Of a DNA stretch of 64,000 bases, positions 1 through 8,854 are shown piece after piece (positions within the stretch are counted from its first letter, which is position 1; the number at the start of each line of letters is the position of its first letter). Below the pieces are notes generated by a model, which searched no databases, was not told where the DNA came from, and saw only the letters and a list, made by a program, of their open reading frames with translations. This stretch comes from a virus (taxonomy: Duplodnaviria > Caudoviricetes): IMG/VR virus record IMGVR_UViG_3300033069_001491, positions 1 to 64,000 of that record; one strand, written 5' to 3'. The translations under genes and the position numbers were made by a program.

Positions 1-142
1 CGAGCGCCGCTAGCAGCTTGCTAGCGGCGCCCGTGACAGTGCTGATGCTGGAGTGGTCAACGAACTCTTTGACAAGCGCGTGCTCGATCTCTTCGTCAAT
101 GAGCTCGCGGAGCCGCTGCTGTGTGATGATGAGTGTCTTCAT
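1..142 (-). CDS. Partial ORF running off the window edge; hypothetical protein with N-terminal 'LRELIxEE' motif
   Basis: Manual translation from ATG at 142: MKTLIITQQRLRELIDEEIEHALVKEFVDHSSISTVTGAASKLLAAL... It is open to position 1 and has ATACCTA at 160-166 upstream. Not in the ORF track. Confidence 0.7.
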   Translation of the reverse strand, partial: MKTLIITQQRLRELIDEEIEHALVKEFVDHSSISTVTGAASKLLAAL

Positions 143-159
143 GGAGCCCTTCTCTGGGG

Positions 160-166
160 TAGGTAT
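160..166 (-). promoter_or_regulatory. Candidate phage late-promoter motif (A/C)TAN(C/T)TA (ATACCTA)
   Basis: Lies 17 nt upstream of ATG 142. The same motif class occurs at 2226, 9992, 13515, 14162, 17781, 38953, 42234, 45341 and 62345. Confidence 0.5.
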
Positions 167-179
167 TCAACCTAGCGAG

Positions 180-1826
180 TCAACGTAGCAGCCAGCTGAA
201 GTCGCTAGCATCGCGAGACATCGGGTTTCGTGGGGCGGTCTGTGATGGATCACGTGGACGATAGACGCTCTGCTGAGCGTTGATACCGCGAATGTTGGGG
301 TTGATTAGAGGTTGAGCTTCGTTGATATTGCCGGGCAATCCATTGACGTCCTTTCGAGAGACAGTAGTCGCAGCCAACATGGCATAGGCCATTGCCTTGG
401 CCTGCTCACTGATTCCCTCACCACCTTCTACAAGCCAGCAACCGATGGCCAAGCTCATGATCAAGTCATCATGGCTGTCCTTGCCCGCCATCGGCTTGTT
501 ACCGTTCCAGATGAAGGCTTGCAGCTGGTCGTAGAGGCGCCTCGAGTGTGACTTCAACGACTTATTGCGCAGCAACTCCTCGAGTTTGGTCAGAATTTGG
601 ACTCGGGTCTTCTGGTTCGTCGGGAAGCCAGGCAGCTCGTTGGAGTCAATTGGGATATAGTTGAATGGATCGCCGCTGTTCTTGTCGTAGTACAACCGCT
701 TATATCCCAACTGATCACGTAGTTTAGTGTTGACGAAGTAGCCGAAAGTGTTGTTCTCGGGCACCAACAAGGCATTGTTGTACTTCTTGCCCCAGAAGTC
801 GAGCATGTCAGCTAACTTCTCGGGTGGGACCTTTCCCATGTACTCAACGACGACCTCACAGTCCTCCACGTCAATGATGTGGAAGGCCGAAAAGTCTGCT
901 GCGTCGCCACGAGAGACGTCAGCAGAGACCACGTAAGTGTGTGCAGCCTGTGGTTGGACCCAGATCCAGACATTGCGATCGTGGCCTGCCTTCTCGATCG
1001 GATCGGCGATCTGTGACCGCATGTCTTCCAAATCGCTTGGTTGCAAGAAGGTGTCACCCGATGAGATAAAGTCGCACAGATACTCCTGCGCGACCTTTCT
1101 CTTAGACAAAGACCGGGTTTCTTTGTCGAACCAGGCCTGATCGTGTTCCGGATGGACGTCCCATGGTAGTCGGATAGTGTTGAAGTCGTTTTGACCGGCT
1201 TCAGCCTGCGACCACAGGCGGTAGTACTGGCCGCCGACGCCGTTGGGCGTCGACAGGATGATCGCATTGCCACCCGTGGAAAAGGTCGGCGCCAAACCAG
1301 TCCAGATCTCATCAAAGTCACGGATGAATGCGGCCTCGTCGATGATCAGAAGCGACAACGCCTCAGACCGTCCGGCATCGTCAGAGGTTGGGATGGCCAC
1401 GATCTGGGAACCGTTAGTGAAGGCAATCGATTGCTTTGTGGGCTCGTACTTGGTCAGCAGCAACCACGATGGCAAGCTCTGAAGCATGACCTTGCACTTC
1501 TTGATGAAGTTCATCGCAGTCGACAATTTCGTCGCAATGACCAGGATGTTCTTGTCCTTGTAGAAGATGGCGAGCCATACTGCGTAGGCTGCACACACCG
1601 TCGACAGACCCAACTGGCGTGACTTGAGGACGATATTGAGGCGGTGCTCCTGGAACTGCCTCAGACAGTCATCCTGAAACGGGTACGTTTCAAATGGAAT
1701 GGTGCCCCGCTTTGGGTGCTGGATCTTGCAGTGCTTCCGGATAAAGAACGAGGGGTCCTTACCACAGCGCAGGATCTCTTGAGCCTGTTCGACCTTGGAC
1801 ACAGGTTTGTAGATGGGTGTAGGCAT
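180..1826 (-). CDS. terL: Terminase large subunit (T4 gp17-like)
   Basis: KSRQLGLST Walker A, LLIIDEAAFI Walker B, STPNG coupling motif; C-terminal nuclease with DVSRG and HDDLIMSLAIG. Confidence 0.95.
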   Translation of the reverse strand: MPTPIYKPVSKVEQAQEILRCGKDPSFFIRKHCKIQHPKRGTIPFETYPFQDDCLRQFQEHRLNIVLKSRQLGLSTVCAAYAVWLAIFYKDKNILVIATKLSTAMNFIKKCKVMLQSLPSWLLLTKYEPTKQSIAFTNGSQIVAIPTSDDAGRSEALSLLIIDEAAFIRDFDEIWTGLAPTFSTGGNAIILSTPNGVGGQYYRLWSQAEAGQNDFNTIRLPWDVHPEHDQAWFDKETRSLSKRKVAQEYLCDFISSGDTFLQPSDLEDMRSQIADPIEKAGHDRNVWIWVQPQAAHTYVVSADVSRGDAADFSAFHIIDVEDCEVVVEYMGKVPPEKLADMLDFWGKKYNNALLVPENNTFGYFVNTKLRDQLGYKRLYYDKNSGDPFNYIPIDSNELPGFPTNQKTRVQILTKLEELLRNKSLKSHSRRLYDQLQAFIWNGNKPMAGKDSHDDLIMSLAIGCWLVEGGEGISEQAKAMAYAMLAATTVSRKDVNGLPGNINEAQPLINPNIRGINAQQSVYRPRDPSQTAPRNPMSRDASDFSWLLR

Positions 1827-2206
1827 CAGCCAATCTCGAAAATGGTCTTGCGTCGGTAGTAGGCCATCCGGCGCGCGTTGTGGACGTTGAGGTTGATCAT
1901 CTCGAGGCTGTCGGAGGCGAGCAGCTCCTTGGCCTTCAACGTCTCCCCCGACAGTTCCTTGTAGTTGGCTTTGACAACCTTAAGAACTGCCGAAGTGACC
2001 GACTTCGATTCGTCCATGTAACGACATTTCATGTCGATCATCTGTCGTTCCGTGCCGAAATTGACGACGGCCGCATATGAGGCCTCCAGTCGATCAGGGC
2101 CCAGCATCCTCAGTTTGACGGAATAAGACGCCGTCTGCGGCGTCGATGACCGGCCCCACGTGGTATCAATGGCCTGTCCGAGGGCGTTGAAGTCGATATC
2201 TGCCAT
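1826..2206 (-). CDS. Hypothetical protein (126 aa) coupled to terL
   Basis: Probable start is ATG 2206 (MADIDFNALGQAIDTTWGRSS), after GGGGAG and ATAGTTA at 2226-2232. The stop overlaps the terL start. The track's longer N-terminus overlaps the upstream gene. Confidence 0.75.
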   Translation of the reverse strand: MADIDFNALGQAIDTTWGRSSTPQTASYSVKLRMLGPDRLEASYAAVVNFGTERQMIDMKCRYMDESKSVTSAVLKVVKANYKELSGETLKAKELLASDSLEMINLNVHNARRMAYYRRKTIFEIG

Positions 2207-2246
2207 ATGTGACGGCTCCCCGCCGTAACTATGGCCTGGACACCAG

Positions 2247-2549
2247 CTAGTCGGGTTGAAAGACAAGTGCCAGTGGCACGCGATTGGCCTCTGCCTCGGT
2301 GACCTGACCCATTGTGGGTCGCCAACCGTCCGCCCAAGCCTGGCGCCGCGGAGCAGCCCACAGGCGGGCGCACCGATCACAGCACTCGAATTGCGTGTAG
2401 GCGACCTCGTCCTCCCTCGAACGCATCACGTGAGAGCAGACTGGACACGCTAACGGGACGGCAGGTTCAGCACCGACCGGTACGATGACAACGAAACCCT
2501 CAGGCCTGTCTTCAATCAGCCTGTCGCGGAGGTACGGTCTTTGGGCCAC
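2247..2549 (-). CDS. Small Cys-rich (zinc-binding-like) hypothetical protein
   Basis: CPVC...CCDRC motifs, ending WADGWRP; TACGAT 5 nt before the GTG start. Confidence 0.7.
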   Translation of the reverse strand: MAQRPYLRDRLIEDRPEGFVVIVPVGAEPAVPLACPVCSHVMRSREDEVAYTQFECCDRCARLWAAPRRQAWADGWRPTMGQVTEAEANRVPLALVFQPD

Positions 2550-5134
2550 GTGTCATCGTACATCACTCGAGCATCGTTCTCAAAGCGACCCACCTCAATG
2601 ACGTGGTCTGCGACGTCCTTGATTCCCTCGACGTGGGTGATGACGATGATGATCCTAAAGTACCGCTTCAATGACGTCAACAACCTGTTACAGGCCTCCA
2701 CGCCCGTCGGGTCGAGCGGGCCAAAGGCCTCGTCGATGATGAACATGTCGGTCTTGGGAAGAGAGGTGACGTTGATCAAGGCAACCCGAATGGCAATAGA
2801 AGCGATCGTCTTCTCCATGCCTGAAGCTAGCTCAATGATCCGACGACTGTCGCCGTAGTCGATGTAGACCTCCATCGAGTCGCTATCGTCATCCTGCTCC
2901 AATTCAACAACAAAGCCGACGATGCCGCCCAGGATCTGAGCAATTTCAGCATTGATAGCCGGCAACTGCGATGCCACGATCAGGTTGGGGATACCTCTGC
3001 GAGAGTAGGCCTGGGCAATCAGCTCGTGGACCTTCATCGCCTGCAACACATCGTGTCGATTGCGACGGTCAACCTCCATCTTGGCAAGGTCAGACCGCGT
3101 CTGACCTGTTTGGGTGGCCAGTTGCAGCTTCTCAGCGTCGAGGCGTCGAGCGACACGTTGCAGGGTGTCCAACTTGTTTCGCAAGGTAACGACCTCTGCA
3201 TTTTCTTCATTGCGAAGAGCTTCCTCGAGCTCAGACAAGCGACGTTGCCCGTCTGACAACCTTGACTCTGCTAGACCTAGGTCGTGTTCCTTGCGATCAC
3301 GGTTAATCTCCAGGCGAGCGACTTCGGTGCCCAAAGTAGAGCACAGGCTCTTCAATTGCTCTAGCTTGGCTACCCGACCTGCCAAGTCGTCAGCACGGAG
3401 GCCAACCAACGCGTCCTCTGCTTCCTGGACCTTGTCAAGTGCCTTCTGAACGCGGTCCCGTTGTGGGACGACCTTGTCCTTCTGCTTGAAGGCGTCCTTG
3501 ATGAACTTGCATCCCGGGAACGAGTCACCACACGGCACGTCGTCAAGAATCTTAAGAGACTTTTCCTGTTGCTTTAGCAAGGCAGCATCCCGCTCATGGG
3601 CTGCCTTCAAGGTTCCCAGCGACGATTCCAACGCCCGGAAGAATTCGAGGCGCTTCTTGAAGGCAGCGACATCGTTGTCAGCCAGGACGTCATTGACCTT
3701 GTGAACCTTCTGTTGCTTGTCGACGATCTGCCCGTTGATGGTCGCAATCTCATTGCGAAGACGCTCCACCTGGTGTGTAGCATCATCGACCCAACTACGT
3801 TGTTGGTCGACCTGCGTCTGGGTGACAGGCTTGAAATCCTTGAAGGCAGCCAGCTGAACCTGAACGTCGGTCAAGTCATGCGATGACTGGTGCAAAAGCT
3901 GGTCGCGTTCCCTGATCTTTACCTCATTGTCGGCCAGCGCCTTGAGGTACGAGGTCTCCAGCTTTTGCCAGTCGCGATCAGGTAGTTGCTTCAGGCTGGA
4001 CTTGTTAGTATTGACGTCGAGCTTGGCAAGCTCGTGCATCCTGTCAAAGATGTCAAGATCCAAGAACCGAGACAGGTCCTTCCGACGTTTGGTTGTCCCC
4101 TGATTGATAAACAACTTGACATCATCCTGCGCGGCGACTGAAGTCAACAGGCAGTCCTCCGCCGTTCCGATCAACCGGCGAATCACCTTCTCCGTGTCGT
4201 TCCGTTGTTCACCTGCCAGGTCATGTGCTGTCCCGTCTTCAGCGATGCGAAAGGCATTGAGCTGGGTACCCGCGTACGTCTGGCCTTTCTTTGTCTCATA
4301 CCTGACGGTCTGACGTTCCAGGGAGTGATTAGTCCCGTTTACGTTGACGACCGAACGAGCGTAACAGTACGGATGCCTGACATTGATGACGTGCAGATTC
4401 TTGACGTTTCCACGGTCTGTCGTGTTGAACAGGCCGTACAACATAGTGCCGACGACCGACGACTTGCCACGGGCATTGGGACCAAAGATGCCGACGACAC
4501 CTGACAGCTGGTCGAAGTTGATGGCATTGCCCTTGCCGTAGGCAAAAGTGTTGTCCCACGCCATGTGACGCAACGACCACTTAGTGTTGCGAACCACGTC
4601 ATCGCCATCAAGAGCCTGTTGCAGGTATGCAGCGACTTGATCCTTGACGGCCGCCCACTCGTCGTCTGTCAGGTTGGTATCCTTGTGGTATTCCCTCAAT
4701 AGGCGCATTAGGACGTCAGGATTGCGTAGGTCTTCCTTGAGAAGGGTCGTCGTGCCGGCCGAGATGACGTCTCGATTTACACGGCGCTCACTCTTGAAGG
4801 TAACCTCCATCGCCTTCATCTCATTGCGCAAGGCGAGCGTCAGTTGGGCTACTTCTTTCTGTGGAAGTACGTCGCGGCTCCTGATGCGGAATCGGGCCCC
4901 TGTAACATGGGAGCGTGCCAACGCCAGCGTGGCCTCGACAGAATTTGCCCAGTCGACAGTGACGAAAGGCCGTGGATTGGGCAGTTCGCAGAACTTGACG
5001 TCGAACGATTCGCGGCTCGCGATGTCCCACAGCAGGAACCCGTGCCGCAGCTCTTCGGCGTAGTTCTGCTGGACTGGGCTGCCCGGGTAGGCGATCCAAC
5101 CTCTTTGGGCACGAATGCGAAGCTTTTTGCTCAC
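2516..5134 (-). CDS. sbcC: C-terminal part of Mre11/SbcD nuclease fused to a full Rad50/SbcC SMC-type ATPase
   Basis: Probable start is GTG 5134, overlapping the endonuclease stop (GTGA). It begins MSKKLRIRAQRGWIAYPGSPVQQNYAEE..GFLLWDI (SbcD C-terminal motifs), then Walker A GPNARGKSS, coiled coil with VPCGDSFPGC hook, signature LASGMEK, Walker B FIIDEAFGPLD and H-loop VITHV. Confidence 0.9.
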   Translation of the reverse strand: MSKKLRIRAQRGWIAYPGSPVQQNYAEELRHGFLLWDIASRESFDVKFCELPNPRPFVTVDWANSVEATLALARSHVTGARFRIRSRDVLPQKEVAQLTLALRNEMKAMEVTFKSERRVNRDVISAGTTTLLKEDLRNPDVLMRLLREYHKDTNLTDDEWAAVKDQVAAYLQQALDGDDVVRNTKWSLRHMAWDNTFAYGKGNAINFDQLSGVVGIFGPNARGKSSVVGTMLYGLFNTTDRGNVKNLHVINVRHPYCYARSVVNVNGTNHSLERQTVRYETKKGQTYAGTQLNAFRIAEDGTAHDLAGEQRNDTEKVIRRLIGTAEDCLLTSVAAQDDVKLFINQGTTKRRKDLSRFLDLDIFDRMHELAKLDVNTNKSSLKQLPDRDWQKLETSYLKALADNEVKIRERDQLLHQSSHDLTDVQVQLAAFKDFKPVTQTQVDQQRSWVDDATHQVERLRNEIATINGQIVDKQQKVHKVNDVLADNDVAAFKKRLEFFRALESSLGTLKAAHERDAALLKQQEKSLKILDDVPCGDSFPGCKFIKDAFKQKDKVVPQRDRVQKALDKVQEAEDALVGLRADDLAGRVAKLEQLKSLCSTLGTEVARLEINRDRKEHDLGLAESRLSDGQRRLSELEEALRNEENAEVVTLRNKLDTLQRVARRLDAEKLQLATQTGQTRSDLAKMEVDRRNRHDVLQAMKVHELIAQAYSRRGIPNLIVASQLPAINAEIAQILGGIVGFVVELEQDDDSDSMEVYIDYGDSRRIIELASGMEKTIASIAIRVALINVTSLPKTDMFIIDEAFGPLDPTGVEACNRLLTSLKRYFRIIIVITHVEGIKDVADHVIEVGRFENDARVMYDDTWPKDRTSATG

Positions 5135-6051
5135 AAAGAACGTCCCATAAAGTTCACCAGATAGACGTAACCGTGCAACGGACACCAAATCCGAGCAGCA
5201 GAACACTTTGCGTCATGCTGCGCCTGATCGATGACGTAGCCCTTGACTTCCTCTATGACTTTAAGGCCATCAACGCGCTCGATCAGAAAATCCGGAACGT
5301 AGTTTTTGTCGCGGCCAGCGTGTTGATACGGGACGACAATCCCGTGTCGCTTTGACCAACGTTGGACGTCAGGATCTGCGTCGAGCTCTTTCATACGCCT
5401 GAGCTCGTACGAGCTATGATAAAACTCTTTTGCACCAGTTTTTGTCGAAAGATGCCAGCCACGCTTGAATCGTTTACCATGAGCACAGATCGCATCGATG
5501 ACATCATGAGCTTTATCGCCCTTGCTCCAGTGCGATTCCTTGATTTTGTTGGCCCATGTCACCTGCCGACCCATAAGAAGTCGGCTCATGTGCGCTCTCT
5601 GCTCCTTTGACCAGAAACCCACAGGTGTCCGCCAACCCTTGCCATCAGCGTTCACCTTTGTAATGTTTCGGCTGCCAATTTCACGCAATTTGTCCTTCAG
5701 ACCAGGTCGACGTTCGAACTTGTCAACGGCCGCCTCACGCATTAATTTCTGACATGTGGCGGTCGCCAATGGTCCACCGTGCTTGTCAACGTATTCATCA
5801 GGCGTCAATCCGTGAACCCTGACATGTGATGACAAGTTCTGCATCTGGCGGCCACACGCCATACACGTTACCGTCTCGCCAGCAATTTCATTCTTCCTTC
5901 GTTGGTGTTGCAAGTTACAGTGTCTGAGTCCGACACCGTGCCGCTTCCTGATCCTGTTGACGTCTTTACGCTTGATACCGTACTTCGTCAAGAGATCACG
6001 CTCTGGCATCCCAGCCAGATAATCTGCTAGCACTTCTGCTTCAATGCTCAT
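5131..6051 (-). mobile_element. Free-standing TnsA-like PD-(D/E)xK putative homing endonuclease inserted in the sbcD-sbcC gene
   Basis: N-terminal HTH-like segment and C2H2-like CMACG...SHVRVH; C-terminal HSSYEL..M..LD..YVPDFLIE..EEVKG nuclease domain. Confidence 0.8.
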
Positions 6052-6082
6052 GCTTCAAAGGTATATCACCCAATGACAAAAG

Positions 6083-6736
6083 TTACAGTTCTTCGATAAC
6101 TTCCGCACCAGGGTACTTAGAAAGGTCTTGAGCGTCAATGATCAGTTCTGAAGAGCGACTTCCGAGAATTTGGAGGCGATGAATATCACCAAGAAAACAG
6201 AAGTCAAACCGTTCGAAGAAGTCGACGGTCAGGCCTTCTTCGATCGACCAATCACTCTCGGTCAAGGCACCTCGCACCGGACCGTGGTAGCAGGCAATGT
6301 TGACCTTACCGGGCATCGGTTCCACAGAACGCCAACCCTCTTCGTCGAAGAGGCTGAAGATACACCAGCAGTAACCCGGGACGAACTCGTAGGTGCCACT
6401 CTTCTTGTAGAGATGCACTCGCGGATTGCGAAGGGCATTAACGATCGGAGTGACGGCATCCTGCCTCGACAAGTTCATCAGGTTGCCGTCATGGTTGCCG
6501 AGGGTGAGATGCACCTCTGCGACGTCAGCCATCACCGTCAGCCACCAATTCAACTGTTCAATGTACTCAGGAGACAGGCCTGACGTCTTGGTGTGGAAGA
6601 TATCACCGCCCACAAAGATGTGTTCGGCTCCCGACTGCTTGACTTGCTCAACGAACACCGAAAAGACCTCACGGTACTCATCGTGCCGTGAAAGTCCACG
6701 CCAGTGCACGTCTGCGATATGGGCGATCCTAATCAT
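6083..6736 (-). CDS. sbcD: N-terminal fragment of Mre11/SbcD metallophosphoesterase nuclease
   Basis: HIADVH, GGDIFH, LGNHD, HGPV and LGDIH motifs. The YPGS motif that normally follows is in the downstream ORF at 5134. Confidence 0.9.
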   Translation of the reverse strand: MIRIAHIADVHWRGLSRHDEYREVFSVFVEQVKQSGAEHIFVGGDIFHTKTSGLSPEYIEQLNWWLTVMADVAEVHLTLGNHDGNLMNLSRQDAVTPIVNALRNPRVHLYKKSGTYEFVPGYCWCIFSLFDEEGWRSVEPMPGKVNIACYHGPVRGALTESDWSIEEGLTVDFFERFDFCFLGDIHRLQILGSRSSELIIDAQDLSKYPGAEVIEEL

Positions 6737-6788
6737 GCAACACTGGCTGTGATGGTAAACTCAGATCTTCTACTGTACAGATCTAGTC

Positions 6789-7781
6789 TCAGAAACGAAC
6801 TACTGACGCATGTGTTAGCTTGTCGAAGAACGTCAGGTGCCAGTCGAACGGCCGGGCGGCCTTCAAGGCCTCTCTGATCTCCTGCTTGGTGACGTCACCT
6901 GGGTCCGTTGCCACCTCGACCAGCGTCACATCGATGTTGTAGTCCGCCAGCTTTCGAGCCACCCGAGGAGCCTTCGTCAACCTCATGTCAGCATCGAGAG
7001 CCAGCGCCACCGGCGTGCCATGAGCGACGATGGCGTTGAAAAGGGCAGACTCTTCGTTGAGGTCACTGCCCAACAGAGGCACTGCGTTATCACCACACTT
7101 CATCAGGTCGAAAGCGCCTTCACAGATCACCAACTTTCGGGACCAGTCAAGATTGATCTCGTTGAAGATGACCTGCCTGCGGTCTCCCTCCGGAGACTCA
7201 TACTTGGGCTTACGTCCCCTGTCGATCGTCCTGCCGACGAAGTGGTTCAAGGCGCCGTCCCTATCAAAGGACGGCATGATGACACGACGATGCCACGTAG
7301 CCTCGTTGCTGTATCCCAACTTGTAGTACCACAAGTCATCGTCGCTAACCCTGCGTTGTGTCAGGTAACGACGCATGGCAGCCACGTCAGGATCCCGGCT
7401 GCGTGAAGTGGCGAACAGCTTGAAGTCCTTTGGCAGTTGGACAGGTAGGGGAGGTGGCAAGTCTCCCGTGATGATGACACATCGGGAGTGCCAAGTCGAG
7501 GTGCCGGCAGGCATGAAGCGCTGCACGTACTCCTGCAGCTGTGATAGCGTGCCGTACTTTCTGATCAGTGGAGCCAGCGTCCTGCTCTTGTAACCGCAAA
7601 CCCAACAATGGCAACGGTCGTCCTCTGTGAGGATTGCTAGCTTCTTCTTGTCAGGTGGAACGGAGCCTTTTTCGAGGCACACTGGACACCGTACGTCGAA
7701 GTTCCTGCAGTTGCGAGCCATCCGACCCGAACCGAAGACCGACTCGTAGAACCTTACCTTGTCAGTGAGCGTGACAGCCAC
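6789..7781 (-). CDS. DNA primase (zinc finger + TOPRIM)
   Basis: CPVC...CHCWVC zinc finger, RVIMPSFD..G..HFVGR, ICEGAFD and ALDAD TOPRIM acidic motifs. Confidence 0.85.
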   Translation of the reverse strand: MAVTLTDKVRFYESVFGSGRMARNCRNFDVRCPVCLEKGSVPPDKKKLAILTEDDRCHCWVCGYKSRTLAPLIRKYGTLSQLQEYVQRFMPAGTSTWHSRCVIITGDLPPPLPVQLPKDFKLFATSRSRDPDVAAMRRYLTQRRVSDDDLWYYKLGYSNEATWHRRVIMPSFDRDGALNHFVGRTIDRGRKPKYESPEGDRRQVIFNEINLDWSRKLVICEGAFDLMKCGDNAVPLLGSDLNEESALFNAIVAHGTPVALALDADMRLTKAPRVARKLADYNIDVTLVEVATDPGDVTKQEIREALKAARPFDWHLTFFDKLTHASVVRF

Positions 7782-7793
7782 TATGGACTGACA

Positions 7794-8423
7794 CTACACT
7801 GTGGCAACCTTCTTGGACTGGCGACCCGACTTCTTAGCGTCTCTTGCCGGTACAACACCCTCAATGGCGGCTGCACGAGCGATGACGTATGCATCGCAAG
7901 CGTCTCTTGACCAATCGACGACCTGACCGCTCTTCTTTGTGGGCCAGGTGACGTGCTTCAGGTCGTTCGCCATCATGTGCGCAAAGACCTGTTCTTTCTG
8001 TGGACCACCCACAGCAGTCTTCTGCAATTTGATGCCGCACAGCTTGCGAGCATGCGCAGAGCTGATGTACTCGGGTCGAATTCCCATTTCACGGTGGGCG
8101 AGATAACTGACGATTCCGTTGAAGCGCATCAACTGTGTGATCGTCTGTGCGGACGACATACCGGTGCGAAATCCCATCAGGGGCTCTTCAATCACAACTC
8201 GTCGAATGCGATTGAATCCGATCCGGGCATCGCCATTACCGAGCTTACAGAAGTACTCTCTGACCTTGTCAGCCTTGTCCCACAACGTGGTGCAGCCTTT
8301 GAACTCGATCCTGTCAAGCAACAGGATGTGACTGCCTATGGCATCTGGTTGCACGTTCTTGTTGACGATCGAGACGCCAGTCACAGAAGTCGACACGTCT
8401 AGACCCATGATGATATCTTCCAC
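7794..8423 (-). CDS. ruvC: RuvC-like Holliday junction resolvase
   Basis: IMGLDVSTSVTG, VVIEEP and DACDAYVIA acidic RNase H-fold motifs. Confidence 0.8.
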   Translation of the reverse strand: MEDIIMGLDVSTSVTGVSIVNKNVQPDAIGSHILLLDRIEFKGCTTLWDKADKVREYFCKLGNGDARIGFNRIRRVVIEEPLMGFRTGMSSAQTITQLMRFNGIVSYLAHREMGIRPEYISSAHARKLCGIKLQKTAVGGPQKEQVFAHMMANDLKHVTWPTKKSGQVVDWSRDACDAYVIARAAAIEGVVPARDAKKSGRQSKKVATV

Positions 8424-8461
8424 GACTCTATAGTGTCACTCAGGGGCCCACAGTAAAATGG

Positions 8462-8854
8462 CTAAAGCAGCCCCATACCCTTCAATTCGTACTCTGTAAT
8501 GAATTTATAGGTGGCTCCGTGTTCCTCGCACCACCGTTGACCGGCCAACATCTTCTTTTTAACAATAGCTTGTTGCAACTTCTTGCTGGGCTTCACCTCG
8601 ACCAACCAGCGACTGCCGTCTGCCATATTGACCAAGAAATCTGGAAAGTAACGACGCGTCTTGCCAGAGCGCGTGTTGCTAACGTACGTGATGGCGACTG
8701 ACTCGTAGCCGTAGCTGGTGACTGACGATTCCACGTCGAACCATTGCATCAGCAAAAGTTCCCAACCCGAGCGGTACTTGCAAGGGCCACCCGACTTGGA
8801 CGACTCGTGGATGCCCGTGTGGTAGCCTCGCTTCCTACGTCTCCTAGCTGCCAA
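8462..8854 (-). CDS. Stand-alone TnsA-like nuclease, likely head-completion nuclease (T4 gp4-like)
   Basis: YRSGWEL..M.WFD..SV..Y.YE..Y..RRYFPDFLV..LVEVKP; 130 aa with no extra DNA-binding module. Confidence 0.75.
   Translation of the reverse strand: MAARRRRKRGYHTGIHESSKSGGPCKYRSGWELLLMQWFDVESSVTSYGYESVAITYVSNTRSGKTRRYFPDFLVNMADGSRWLVEVKPSKKLQQAIVKKKMLAGQRWCEEHGATYKFITEYELKGMGLL

Noticed and set aside
2207-2380. Track N-terminal extensions (1826..2380, 2516..5206, 33884..35548, 48338, 52468, 53639, 57565, 61676, 62367)
   Set aside because: They overlap upstream genes extensively; downstream starts have RBS, promoter-like motifs or stop/start overlaps and match domain boundaries.
5131-6082. 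Group I intron or intein explaining the split sbcD-sbcC
   Set aside because: The first fragment has an in-frame stop and the endonuclease is separately initiated. There is only a 31-nt upstream spacer and zero downstream spacer, with no Cys/Ser...His-Asn intein ends. An intron overlapping the coding region cannot be fully excluded without RT-PCR.
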